Shown here: piece after piece, positions 15,252 to 28,659 of the stretch | Position numbering within the stretch: position 1 is the stretch's first letter | Layout of the letters: each line of letters opens with the position of its first letter | Position numbers and translations under genes: made by a program | The notes under the pieces: model-generated | Seen by the model: only the letters and a program-made list of their open reading frames with translations | Told to the model about the DNA's origin: nothing | The model's database searches: none | Source: the human T2T-CHM13v2.0 reference genome, Homo sapiens | DNA: 64,000 bases | Reading direction: 5' to 3' (one strand) | Assembly: GCF_009914755.1 (NCBI RefSeq) | Contig: NC_060926.1

Positions 15252-15725
15252 TGATACAGGATAGGCAAGCCCTAAAACTGAGGGTTCTTGGCTTCGCCCA
15301 GGAAAAGAATTCAAGGGTGAGCTGGTGGTGTTAAACAGCAACTTTTTTTGAAGCAGCAATATACAGCAGCAGAAGAGGCACGGCTCCTTGCAGAGCAGGG
15401 CTATCCTATAGGCAGTGTGCCCAGAGTAGCAGCTCAGAGGCAGTTCTGCACGCATATTCATGACCACTTTGAATTATATGCAAATTAAAGGGTGGTTTAT
15501 GCAGAAATTTCTAGAATGAAGGAGGTAACTTCTGAGTTGTCGGGTCATTGCCATGGAAAGGGGCGGTAACTTCTGGGTGTTGTCATGGCAATGGTAAGCT
15601 GACATGGCACACTGTAGGTATGTCTTATGGGGAGGTGCTTCTGTCCCAGATCTGTTTTAGCTAGTGCTCAGTTTGGTCCCCTGTCCAAGCCCTACCTCTA
15701 GAGTCAAGTTCTATCTCCTACCTCA
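15252..15725 (-). mobile_element. ERV1-class solo LTR (LTR19-like; family tentative)
   Basis: TG...CA termini. Homologous over its length to the opposite-strand copy at 28182-28659. Confidence 0.85.
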
Positions 15726-15955
15726 ACGTTGTTGTAAAAGTGACACTGTATATGCAGCTAAAAATGCAAATCTCACACCACAGACACATACTTGAGAAAT
15801 TCTCTCACTTACTACTTGCTGATCTTTAACAATAGCTTAAAGAACTACGAATAATTTGTTTGTTTGATTATTTTAACTGAACAGGTAATTCATGAACATT
15901 TTAAAACTTTGAATATCAAGCAAAAATTATATTGCCCAGCCATGAACTTCTGTTT

Positions 15956-16217
15956 CTTTCTTTTTTTTTTTTTTTTGAGACAGAGTCTCACTCTGTTGCC
16001 CAGGTTGGAGTGCAGTGGCAGGATCTCGGCTCTCACTGCACCCTCTGTCTCCCTGGTTCAAGCAGTTCTCCTGCCTCAGCCTCCCTAGTAGCTAGGATTA
16101 CAGATGGAGTTTCACCATGTTGGCCAAGCTGGTCTCGAACTCCTGACCTCAGGTGATCTGCCTGCCTCAACCTCCTAAAGTGCTGGGATTACAAGCGTGA
16201 GCCACCACGACCAACCG
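15956..16217 (-). mobile_element. AluS with a deletion of about 44 bp removing the central A-rich linker
   Basis: Junction ggattacag|atggagtttcacc. TSD tgaacttctgtttc. Confidence 0.95.
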
Positions 16218-17247
16218 TGAACTTCTGTTTCTGTTTCTCAAATAATTTCTCTTGGGACAATCACTGTTAAAAGTTTTTTGTACATGCACAATGATTTACG
16301 TGTATGTGTGTGTGTATATACACACATAAACCCCCCTTTTTAATACACATTTAAGCTGTATAGATTGTTCTCCACCTTTCTTTTCTCCTTGACAATTATT
16401 TCATATCAATGTGTATAGATCCTCCTGACATACTTAACCACACATGATATTTTATTACATGAAGGAGCTATAACTCATTTCATATTGTTAAATTGAAAGT
16501 TTCCTTTTGTTTTGGTTTGTTTTATTGTCTCATTCATTGGGTCTTCTGCTGGTTTGTTTCTAGATAAAATGCTACAACAAATATTCTCGTATGTGCTTCC
16601 TAAACGTATCTGCAGGTGTGTCTACAGAATAAATTTCTGAAAGTAAAATTGCTGGGACAAAGGATATATAATTTTCTGTTTTAATAAATGTTAAAAACTG
16701 TCTTTCAAAGGAATCGTGACAATCTTCTGTTGCAGCACCAATGTGTGAACGTTTCTATTTTCCAATGATCTTGACTCAAATGGTATTTAGTACTTTCATC
16801 TTTGCCAGTTTGATAGGCGAAAAATTAAATCTCATTTATTTTGCATTTTCTTAATCATAAGTCTAATTGACCCTTTAAAAAATCTATTTTAAAGCCACTT
16901 GGATAGTGAAATGTGTATTTATATTATTTTCTCATTCTTCTATTGGGCAGTGATCTTTTTTGAAATTATTATTTACAGGGCTCTAACAAACATTAAGACA
17001 ATTATTTCATCATATGTGTTGCAAATAACTTTTCTAGTTTTTCTTTTGACTTTTCTCATTCCAAAATGTTTGATTTTACCAATCCATTATTACTTTTGCT
17101 TTGTGACATGATTTGAGAGATGTTTCCCCTAATCTAAAATTATATATTTAAAAAATTCTCCCATATTGTTTTTATAAGTAATTTAATTATGCTCAACTAT
17201 TTGATTTTCCTGAATTGATTGTGGATTAGGAAATGAGGGGAGGATAC

Positions 17248-17485
17248 ATTAATGGAGGGGAACAGGTGTACAAAAATTAAAACATATAAATTTAGAGCAA
17301 TTAACATAGTTTGCATGAATCAATGAATAAAAGACCACAAAATATGTAAGAATTTAATACAATCAAGGAAACATTTCCAATTCTTACATATTTTGTGGTC
17401 TTTTATTCATTGATTCATGCAAACTATGTTAATTGCTCTAAATTTATATGTTTTAATTTTTGTACACCTGTTCCCCTCCATTAAT
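17248..17485. repeat. Perfect 107-bp inverted repeat with a 24-bp spacer
   Basis: 17248-17354 is the exact reverse complement of 17379-17485, checked by eye with no mismatch. Confidence 0.97.
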
Positions 17486-18631
17486 TTTTCCCCAGATTTT
17501 TATGGTTATCCATGCAGGCTTTTTATTTTTGCCCTTTATAAACTTAAGATTCAACTTTTCTATTATGCAAAAGAAAAATCTGATTAAATTTAAAATAGTT
17601 TTCCTCTTAAGCATATATATTATTTTAGGAAAAACTAATGTGGTTATAATAACATAAAAGAAGATAATCTAGACTGCTAGCTTAAATTTTTTATAATCTC
17701 CTTGTTGCCATTACTGTCTTTTTAAAGATCACACCCATTTGTTAAGTTTATTCCTATGTATTTACTATTTTTGATGCTGTTGTAAATAAAATACTGTCTC
17801 ACCATGAAATTTTCAAACTGATTACTTTTACTATGAAGAAAATTTATGTCTAAATCTTTATCAGATTTGTAATGTCAATAGACTTAATGTTTTATTATAT
17901 GTCATAGTTATTACTTGTGTTACTTGGCTTTCCAAGTATACTATCATACCATCTACAGATAATTATAATATTCTTTCTTACTTTCTAATTTATTACAATG
18001 CTACTTATTTTTGTTCTCTTTTTAAATTGTATTAATATTTCCAGAACAAGGTTAGGTAAAACTGGTAAAAATGAACATCTTTGACTTGTTTCTTACTTCT
18101 ATGGGACTTTGCTTAGTATTTTGCCTTTCAATCTGACATTGAATTTAGGCTTATAAACTTTGAAGAAAGTAACGAAGATAATCAATATATTCATATTTTA
18201 TGGAGGATTTTTCAAAAAACAATAATGAAAGCTTAAATTTTTATGTCTTTTTAGTATCTATATATGTATTTTTCTTTTTGATATAGTAATATGGTAAAAT
18301 ATTTTACTACATTTACTAATATTGCATTATTCTTGAATTCCTGATATGACTTCTTAGTATATCATTCTTTCCATGTATATTCTATATGCTAACACTGTAT
18401 TTAATATATTTTGCCTAGATATTCACAAGGGAGGCTGGTCTATAAGTCTGTATTACTGTGCTCTTTTAGATTTTTGTGTCAATGCTTCATTTGATTTATA
18501 AAAATATCGTGTGCTCTTTTACTCTCTATGCACCTCTTTATTTTGAACACCATTAGAACTATCTCTTCCTTAAAAGTTTGGTAAAATTTTCTTGTGAAAT
18601 GTCTTGCACTTCTTATAAAAACTAATTTTAT

Positions 18632-18949
<318 letters not shown>

Positions 18950-19323
18950 TTATCTTTGACCCTAAATAATAAACTTACTAATGGTTTCTCTTCTTTGTAT
19001 ATATTTGACCCAGTTCTGATTTTGACATATTTAAGCAGATAATGTTAGAGACTATAATGTTACTGATATTTAGATAAGTGAAATCTTTCAAAGTGAAATG
19101 CAGCTAGCAGACATCCTTCCTGTTTTTGAATTGACTCTCATCACCATTTGAAACAATGTAATTATTTTAAAGATTATCATTAACAGAGTTGATGTTTCCA
19201 AGTTAACTTTACTGTCATGTGATTAGTCATATTAAACTGTTTTTGTGTAAACAAGCAAAAATGTGCACATATTATTCTCTTAGGTGTTATAGAAAATTAA
19301 ATTTGTGTGTCAAAATAATTACT

Positions 19324-19622
19324 GGCCAGGCGTGGTGGCTCACGCCTGTAATCCCAGCACTTTGGGAGGCTGAGGCAGGTGGATCACAAGGTCAAGAGAT
19401 CGAGACCATCCTGGCCAACATGGTGAAACCCTGTCTCTACTAAAAACACAAAAAGTAGCTGGGTGTGGTGGCACGTGCCTGTAATCCCAGCTCTTCAGGA
19501 AGCTGAGGCAGGGAAGTCGCTTGAACCTAGGAGGTGGGGGTTGCAGTGAGCCAATATCACACTGCACTCCAGCCTGCCAAAGAGCGAGATTCCGTTTCAA
19601 AAAATAAAAATAAAAATAAAAA
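19324..19622 (+). mobile_element. AluSc-like
   Basis: Diagnostic gatcacaaggtcaagagatcgagacc, with an (A5T)n tail. Confidence 0.95.
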
Positions 19623-19829
19623 ATTATTGTTTAGTTCTAGTCTTTGGTGCTATTTATTAAAAAGTATAAAGTGTATGTTATAATCCTAGCTGTTAATGTT
19701 AATATTGAAGATTGAGATGAAGAGAGTAAAGGTAGAAGACTTTTTTAAAAATCGACTTCCTTTTCTCCTTATCTTTCTTTACAATACATTTAACTTACAA
19801 AAGATATGAGATAGCTCACACCAAATTAT

Positions 19830-19920
19830 ATAATATTAGAATTGAAAGGGAACTTACACATCATCTGCCCTAATAAAACCATTTTATAGATGAAGAAATT
19901 GAGGCCAAGAGGCCACTGAT
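19830..19920 (-). mobile_element. MIR/MIR3 fragment
   Basis: ttagaattgaaagggaactta...cattttatagatgaagaaattgaggcc. Confidence 0.6.
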
Positions 19921-20037
19921 TTGATTATATGATACTCATTCTGCTTCTACCTTGAGAAAACAGGCATTCTGTGTCACAGAGTAACATTCTGGGGAGCAGC
20001 ATTCCTCATAAGGGCAAATCTAGGGTTTTTGGGGACT

Positions 20038-20378
20038 TGTCTTAGTCCATTTTGTGCTGCTATAACAGAATAGCACAGACTGGGCAGTCTATAAAGAATA
20101 GAAATTTATTACTGACAGTTCTGGAGGCTGTAAGTGCAAGAACAGGCACTGGCATCTGGTGTCTAGTGAGGGCCTTCTTGCTGCATCCTCACTTGGCAGA
20201 AGAGCAAAAGAGAGTAAACCCAACCTGAAATCTTTTTTAATAATGGCATTAATCCATTCATGAGAGTGGATTCCTCATGACCTAAACACCTCTCTTTAGG
20301 CCCCACTTCCCAACACTGTTGCATCACAGATTAAGTTTCTAAAACATGAATTTTGGAGGACACATTCAGACTGTTGCC
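20038..20378 (-). mobile_element. MaLR solo LTR (MSTD/MLT1A-like)
   Basis: tgtcttagtccattttgtgctgctataacag...ggacacattcagac. Confidence 0.85.
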
Positions 20379-20453
20379 CATCTCAATTTTCTACAGTTTG
20401 GAGGCTCTCTTTATGAGTAAGAGCATCTTAATTTGCAAATATAACAAAAAACA

Positions 20454-20797
20454 CGTTAAATAGAAATTTAATTGGGAGGCCATTAGGCTGAGATAGCTCA
20501 GCACCTTGGGATACTAAATAAGCAAACTGAAGAACAATGTAAACAGTAAAACAAAACTTAAGCTTTACCAAATAGAAACTTCCAACTACACTTTAGGGAC
20601 TTTTCACTTTAACCAATCAAATATATTTTCTTCATTTTGCTTCCATGAACACCTTATAAAAGTTTTCTTTTTGCCCCCACCCCTACTCTCATTGAAGTCC
20701 TGAACCACTTGTGGTCTGTTACTGCCCAGTTCATGAATTGCTATCTGCTCAAATAAACTCACCGAAACTTTAATGTGCCTAAGTTTACCTTTTAACA
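20454..20797 (+). mobile_element. ERV1-class solo LTR (MER93-like; tentative)
   Basis: gttaaa...ttgggaggccattaggctgag...ccaatc...tataaaa...aataaa...ttttaaca, i.e. CCAAT, TATA and polyA signals in LTR order. Confidence 0.75.
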
Positions 20798-21557
20798 CAT
20801 ATGGCCATGGCATTGCTAAAGACTGCCAAAGACCCTTAGAGGGGCCAATGCACATACACAAGAGAAAGCTCTCACTCTGCCCTTTCTTGGCTTCATAGTG
20901 AATTTACCTCTGCTTCATAGCATTTCTGTAAACACAAGTTTAATTTTCTTTAAGCTAGCATCTGAGCAACAATATCAGTAATGTCATTTTTGAGGTTCTT
21001 CCTACATCAGCCCAGGACTTTTGTTGTAATTTCCCACAGAAATTCTCCTAAGCATAATCTAGATTTGAATTTTTATTTTAGATGTTCTTAGATAATTCTT
21101 CAAAGTCCCAGTCTATAGGTAAGACTTCATTGAGAGAAACTATGCATATTCATTCTGTTCAAGATCTTGCCCTCTTTAGGTTATTTTTTCTAGAATTCTT
21201 GAATGTAAAATGGATGCAGTCCCCAGTTGGTGACATATTCACATACCCATTCATCAAGCTGATGTCTCTCCTATTCATTTCCATCTTCCAGACAGGCAGG
21301 GCTACCTGAACAAATAGCGCTAAATCCCATTAGTACTACTTTTTACTCCATAATAACATCTGCAGTGAATTTAGCTTCCACTGACATGTAGGATGATATA
21401 TGAGTCATTGAACAGCAGAAAGATATGCTCCTGGCTTCTGTGTAAAGATGACTTTAAATCCTGGGGTTAGCTATTTACTCTTCTGTAGGAGAGAAATGAG
21501 TGGACACACAAGGAATAAATAATCCCCATCTATTTTCAGTCCTAACAGTGGAGATTA

Positions 21558-21590
21558 TACACACACACACAAACACACACATACACACAT
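21558..21590. repeat. Imperfect (CA)n microsatellite
   Basis: Visible dinucleotide run. Confidence 0.85.
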
Positions 21591-21924
21591 AAAGAGAGAG
21601 CTTTCAATACATCAGCAAGAAGAGCAGGGCAATTTTCATTGATTGTAAGTAAATATGTCTCATTTTTGGAAGTGCTGTTCTGATTCTGAGAGATCTATAC
21701 CTTGTGTTTTCTATAGAACTTTCTTGGCAAAATTCGAGGAATTAAACTGTCTCCTGTTTCTCTGCTTTCCTGTTTATTTTCTTTGTTAAAAGAAAGCATT
21801 TATTAAGATTTCATTGTATTTTTTAATAAATACTGTGCCAAACTATGCCACTTGATGGGTAGAATAACAAATTTGATCTGCCATTGGGACTTTAGGAACA
21901 GATTTCTACAGAACTATAGGAAGA

Positions 21925-22135
21925 CAATGCAGCAGAGTGAAAAGGATTGGGCCCTGAAAAAAGTAGGCCTTACACTGAACCCAGTCTCTGCTATTTACTA
22001 TTTGTGTCACCTTGAACTAATCAGTTAACCTCACTGGAAATAAAAATTCTTCCAACCTGGAAGAGGGGTGGGAAGGATTAGGGACAGTACGTAAAATTCC
22101 TTATACATAGTAAGTTCTCAGTAACAGTGCTATTA
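21925..22135 (+). mobile_element. MIR
   Basis: gaacccagtctctgctatttactatttgtgtcaccttg...ttaacctc...acatagtaagttctcagtaac. Confidence 0.7.
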
Positions 22136-22485
22136 TATGGTAATCTCATGCTCCCGTGCTTAGAGCCCGTGGGACAACTGACATCCCATTCATATTAATT
22201 AATACTTGAGTTACACTTTCTGGACCAGCTCACCCTGTCTTCCCTCAATAATTCCCTCAGTTATTGCTGGAAATTCCCAAGGCCATGGTGTTGAATCTGA
22301 ACTAAGAAACAAGTCCGTACATGTTCCTCCACTTACCAATGTCTTACACCCCTGCTTCTTCTGCCAGTGACTTCCATGGAAACACACTACCCCATCAGGC
22401 CCAGCCTCTGCTGATACTCGTTCTAAGTGTGGATGCCAAAAGCACAGTGAGGGATGGAGTGATAGAGAGGAAGAACATGGCAGTA

Positions 22486-23010
22486 GTTGGGACTCTTTGG
22501 GTTGTAACAAAATAATTCAATACAAACTTGTTCATACAAAAAGACATGTATTAGTGGGTATCACAGAAGTCATTAGGCTATTTGGCTTCAGAAACAACTC
22601 AACCCAATAATTCAGAGTGCCAACAGGACTTTGTCTCTTCCCATCCTCTCCCCTGCTTTTCTCTCTGTAGATTTCACTCACAAATAAGCATTTTCCATAG
22701 GGTAGTCCCCATAGCTTCAGGATTAAATCATCTACATCCTATGTATAAAAAACACAGAACTACTCTTTATCACTTTTCCCAACAAAAGACCTATAAATAT
22801 GTCCCATTTGGCTTGGTTCCATTTGTTTGTCTGTCTGTGAACTAATCAATGTGAACAAGAAGAGATCCATGTTTGCGTCCTAAACCCTAAACCCCTGGAT
22901 CTGTAACATGGTGTCAACTCCACCCAAATTTCACTGATGATGAATGGGAAAACTTTCCTGAGATGCCTTTACCAGAAGGGTGAGTTGAGGCTGGACAGGA
23001 AAAAGTATGA
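22486..23010 (-). mobile_element. Old MLT1 (J/K-like) LTR
   Basis: gggactctttgggttgtaac...ggcttcag...aatcaatgtg...gctggacaggaaaa. Confidence 0.55.
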
Positions 23011-25949
23011 ATATCCTCTTAAATTGGTACTCTTAACACCTTGAACTATAATGCTTATGCCAGTATAAAGTCTTACAAAGTCTTTTATCAATATAACTGT
23101 TCAGTCTGAAGCTCTAAACCCTCTTTCTATGCAAACCCATATCCAGTCCCTAGGCCAGCAGGGGCACAGATGTTATCCTAACCAATCCCACCATTGCTCC
23201 CTTCTCTTCTATTTCTAGGCTCCTTTGAACTGCCATACACAAAATTTCCTTGAGCCAAAAATATAAATCCCCTGTGTATCTCAACCAATGGTTGTATACT
23301 AAAAGTGGGTCAATTGTCAGTCAGTTAGGCAAATATCAATAGAGTTTGGGCTGATTTAGGCTCTGCTTCACCATCATCCCTTTATTATTATTATTGTTGT
23401 TATTTTAGATGGTTGATTTTCCTATCCCCACATTTTGTTCTATTGTATGTTAGATCAGGCATGGAGGTTTACCTAAAAATCTTAGCAACATCTAGGGAAC
23501 CTGAGGGAGTGAGAACAATTGCTTATAGAGGCATGGGTGATATAATTATTAATATAAAAACAATAGCCACCATTACTGTAAGCTAAGCTCCTGGATAGGA
23601 GGTTTTCATATGGATACCTGTGCAAGAGGAGTGCAGCATTATGAAAGTGACTTAAATCATCTGATATTTATTCTATCACTTCTGTACCAGGCTTCCATTT
23701 CACTGGGGAAACAGAAACTAAAGCAGCTTGCCTGGCTCCTCTTCCACCTTCAGAAATAGAACAGAAGCAATATCAGCTACATTTACATTGCACCTGACTC
23801 CTAAAACACAGTGTAAGGTGTTAGAATGGATTAGTTCAAGACAGACTGGGAATAAAATTCTCACTCTTCCGCATTCTCAGAGATAATATTCCCAAGCCAA
23901 AGAGGAGAATTGAGCTCAGTCAGTGGACTATTTAACAAGGACTACATTTTATTTCCCAAAGGCTGAATTCCATTGACTTAGAAAAAGACTTAATCCATGA
24001 CATGATTGCTTTCATAGCAATGTTCTTTTCGGTGACCATGGTACATGAATCAGAAACTTCAGACAGTGCGAACTCATATTCCAACAGAGTGTGACTAGTG
24101 ATGGCAACAGAATTTGATATGACCTCCTTATTCAATAGGCTCTATTTACCTTATGCTTCAAACAGGAACCTTCCCTCCAGGGGTAGAAACTTGGAAATGC
24201 CCTTTTCAATAGGGCTATTTTATAAGAAGCTGAAAACAGACTCAACTAAGTTCCTCAGCTGTGTCTGATTCTACCACAATTATATAGGCATAGTAAAGTT
24301 TATTTATACATTTCAAAATGCCAGAATCAGAATAATGAGATTATTACATTTGAGGGACTTGTTTTTTTTTCCATCTTGGAAATCTCAATATACAGACGGT
24401 AGTTCTTAGTCTTATTGTAAAATATAAACTCAATTTAAATGTATTTCATAAGAATGGAGGAAGAAATTACAGCTTATAGAATAAATAAATTCTCTAGCTC
24501 TCTGTTTGATTAGAGAACTCCAAGACCTCTGAAAGTTCTGTTGCTTTATAAGTATTTTTGCAGTCAATAATTTGAATAAAAATTTATGCTCAACCCAAAT
24601 GTAATTGCTAATGTATTGGAAATTATCAATAGAATATACTGAAAACATTTTGCTTTTAATGGCATGTGTAACTCCAAAATTGTAAATATGTAGTTAAGAA
24701 AATGTTGATGTGTATTGTCAGGAATAACAGGAAAGCCTAAATTCTTGGCCATGCTTGGTTACAAGAAGAAAATCTCAGAGCCTTTCATAATTGGCCTCTT
24801 GTTTCTGACAAAATATCTTAATCATATTAACTGAGAGTTCTCAATCCCCTGAATGCTTTTACAATTTAATGGGGCTGAAAGTATTATATCAGCAATCATT
24901 TGTTGTTTTTTCTGTCATATGTATGTGAATGTGGTATATATTAAAAATATGTAATTTTAAAAATTAAGAACCATTTCTTTAAGAGATGATTGATTAGCAG
25001 TTTCACAGAAATCTGTTTAGGCAACGTGGCTGCAGTCAGAATCAAATTTTTAGTTGATTGACCCAGTGCCCAAAAGTTTTAGCCCTTTGGTGAAATGCCC
25101 AGGTTAAATGGCCATTTGATTGAAATACATGCTGAAAGCATTAGGGATTTGGCAAAGCAACAAGATTGACAGCATGACACTCTCACATACATAAAAGAGG
25201 CAGAATAAAAAGATACATGTGGTTGGCTTTCCATCCAAAACAGAATTTTAGTCTCAAGTGGAAGGACAGCCAGTGCTTTCCCAGAGATAAAAAGGAAACA
25301 TCATCTCATTCCCCTAAATGGAGTCATTGTTTAACATACACAGATGCAACACCACCAAACACACAAACTTACAGGCCAACAGAGGAAATGATTAAACTTC
25401 TGGCCCCAGGAAACAACTGCACACAGCCTCTTATTTTTATTTATTTTATTTTCTCTTAGCTGATTCACACTTTGTAACACTGTAGCCAATGAGTCTTCTA
25501 TGTCTTTTACAAACCCCCTGGTTAAATTGGCAATACCTTTGACAGAGCTTAAATGGCTTGACAGCATTAATTTGTTCTTTTATTTTTTAGTTGTCTGAAT
25601 GGCTGATTGCCAGGAATCAATCATAACACCATGTGGCCAACCTAATATAGTAATTATTCCAAAATAGGAATTGCATGATAAGTTTATTAGTAACTAGTCT
25701 ACAAACAACCCATTCTTGCAACCACACAGACTTATCTCAAGATAGAGGTAGTGCTTGGTATTTTCTGAAATTAATTACTTCACTTTAGTGATGGGATTGG
25801 GTTTTTTTTCATATTCAAATTCATTGATTTATGTGCAGTCTTTATCAATTCTGTTTAACTACTTTCTTTTGTTTTCTTTTGTTTTGTCTATTAGATTTTA
25901 AATTTACTCAGTTGAACACTTAGAGTGCTTTTACATAGTTTTTGCTTAG

Positions 25950-26800
<851 letters not shown>

Positions 26801-28181
26801 TATTTTCATAGATTTTGATAAGAAGTGTTCTCAAATTCATTTTCAACAAATAAGTAATTTGTAATATCTGTATTATTTTCCTCTTTCATCTGAGAGTTAT
26901 TTAGATTAGTGACTTTAATATTTATTGCTGGCTTAACTATTCTTACTAATTTTTTTATATTTTGAAAATAAAGAATATATAAATCTTTTAATAAAGGACT
27001 TATCTTCATTAAAGCATACTATACACACAGGAAAGAGAAGAAATCATGAGGGCCCAACTTATTGAACTTCGTTACTTTATAACAACATAAATATGTCTGT
27101 GTAACCATGGCTTATGTCAAAACACAGCAGCAAAGCATTCCCCTTCTCTCCTCCCAAGGGTAGCCAGTATTCTGACTTAAAACACCATTCAGAACGCTAT
27201 GTAAATTGAATCACACAATGTATATTTTATGTATCTATCTTTTTCTGATATTAGTTGATTATTGATTGATATTAGTTGTTGCTTTAAACTGTACTCTGTT
27301 CATTTTTATGGCTTTGTAGTATTATGTTGCATGAATTAAACAAAATGCATTTAATCTGATGTTGATGGGCATTTCTGCTGTTTCCTTTCTTGGAACTATT
27401 TCAGATAAGGTTGCTATGAATATTCTTGTACATGTGTTCACATTAAAGTGTGAATAAATTTGTTTTGGCTCTATACCCACAAATGAAATTGCTGTGTCAA
27501 CTTTTATAGAAAACATTGAAACGTTCTCCAAGTGACGGTACTACTTTGCCCTCTGCAATAAATGAGTTATCCATTGCTCTTCATTTTCATAATCACTTTT
27601 TACTTATTTTTTTAAATTTTCATTATTTTAGAGAGTATGTAATGTTTTCTTATGGAGGTATTAATTTGCATTTTCCCAAAGGACTTAGTGAGGTTGAGGA
27701 CTTTTTAAAATACTTACGGGATGCCTGACTGTCCTGTTTTGTAAAATTTTTATTCCGTTTTCTTGCTTATTTGTTAATTGAGTTGCCTCTGTTATTCTTA
27801 AGGATTTGAAGTATTGTGTGTATGTGAGAGAGAGAGTGCAAGACAGTGTGTGTCTGCGAAGGACAAAAATACTTTGCTATATTTTTGGAAAACATATTCT
27901 TTCACTCTGTGACTTTTGTTTCTACTCTCTTAAAGTCTTTTGATGAAGAGAAGGTCTTGAGCCAAATGTATACCATTTCATCAATACTTTATGGTTTCTA
28001 CTTGTATGTACTTTCAAAGAAATCTTCATCTCCTTCACAGACATATAAGTATTTTTTTCTGTTGGTATTTTCTAGACGCTTTATTGTTTTACCTTTTGCA
28101 TTTAGATGATGTGAGGTAGAGGTCCATTTTCATTTTTCCAATTGGATATCCAATAGATTATGCACCATTAACTGACAAGAT

Positions 28182-28659
28182 TGGGGTAAAAGATGGGACT
28201 TTGAAGGCTGGGCTCAGACACTGAACCAAATTAAGGACTATCTAAAACAGGTTGAGCAGAAACAGCTTTCCATAAGATGTGCCCACCAGGGGCCATGTTA
28301 GTTTACCATTGCCATGGCAACACCCAGAGGTTTTCAACCCTTTCCATGGCAATGACCCAATGACCCAGAAATTATCACCCTCATTCTAGAAATTTCTGCA
28401 TAAACTACCCTTAATATGCATATAATTAAAAGTGGGTCAAATATGAGTGCAGAACTACCTCTAGGCTGCTATTCTGGGCACACTGCCTGTGGAGTAGACC
28501 TGTGTCATAAGAAGCAGTACATCTGTTGCAGCTGTGCACTGCCACTTCAATAAAAGTTGCTGTTTAACACCACCTGGTCACACTTGAATTCTTCTCTGGG
28601 TGAAGCCAAGAACCCTCCTGGGCTAAGCCCCAATTTAGGAGCTTGCCTGTCCTGCAACA
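28182..28659 (+). mobile_element. ERV1-class solo LTR (same family as 15252-15725)
   Basis: TG...CA termini, AATAAA signal, and a perfect 4-bp TSD AGAT at 28178-28181 and 28660-28663. Confidence 0.88.

Larger units (their letters stand above)
15870..18625 (-). mobile_element. Ancient L1M (ME/MC-like) 3' end and ORF2 remnants
   Basis: T-rich antisense L1 motifs such as aaaattgctgggacaaagg, ttttgcattttcttaat, gttaagtttattcctatgtatttt and aacatctttgacttgtttctt. Confidence 0.7.
20010..20912. mobile_element. MER91-like MITE carrying two LTR insertions
   Basis: Begins agggcaaatctagggtttttgggg and ends ggcttcatagtgaatttacctctg. Internal pieces lie at about 20380-20453 and 20798-20912. Confidence 0.55.

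Noticed and set aside
17248-17485. Calling the hairpin a miRNA or ncRNA gene
   Set aside because: There is no expression evidence and no recognisable family, so it is reported only as a structure.
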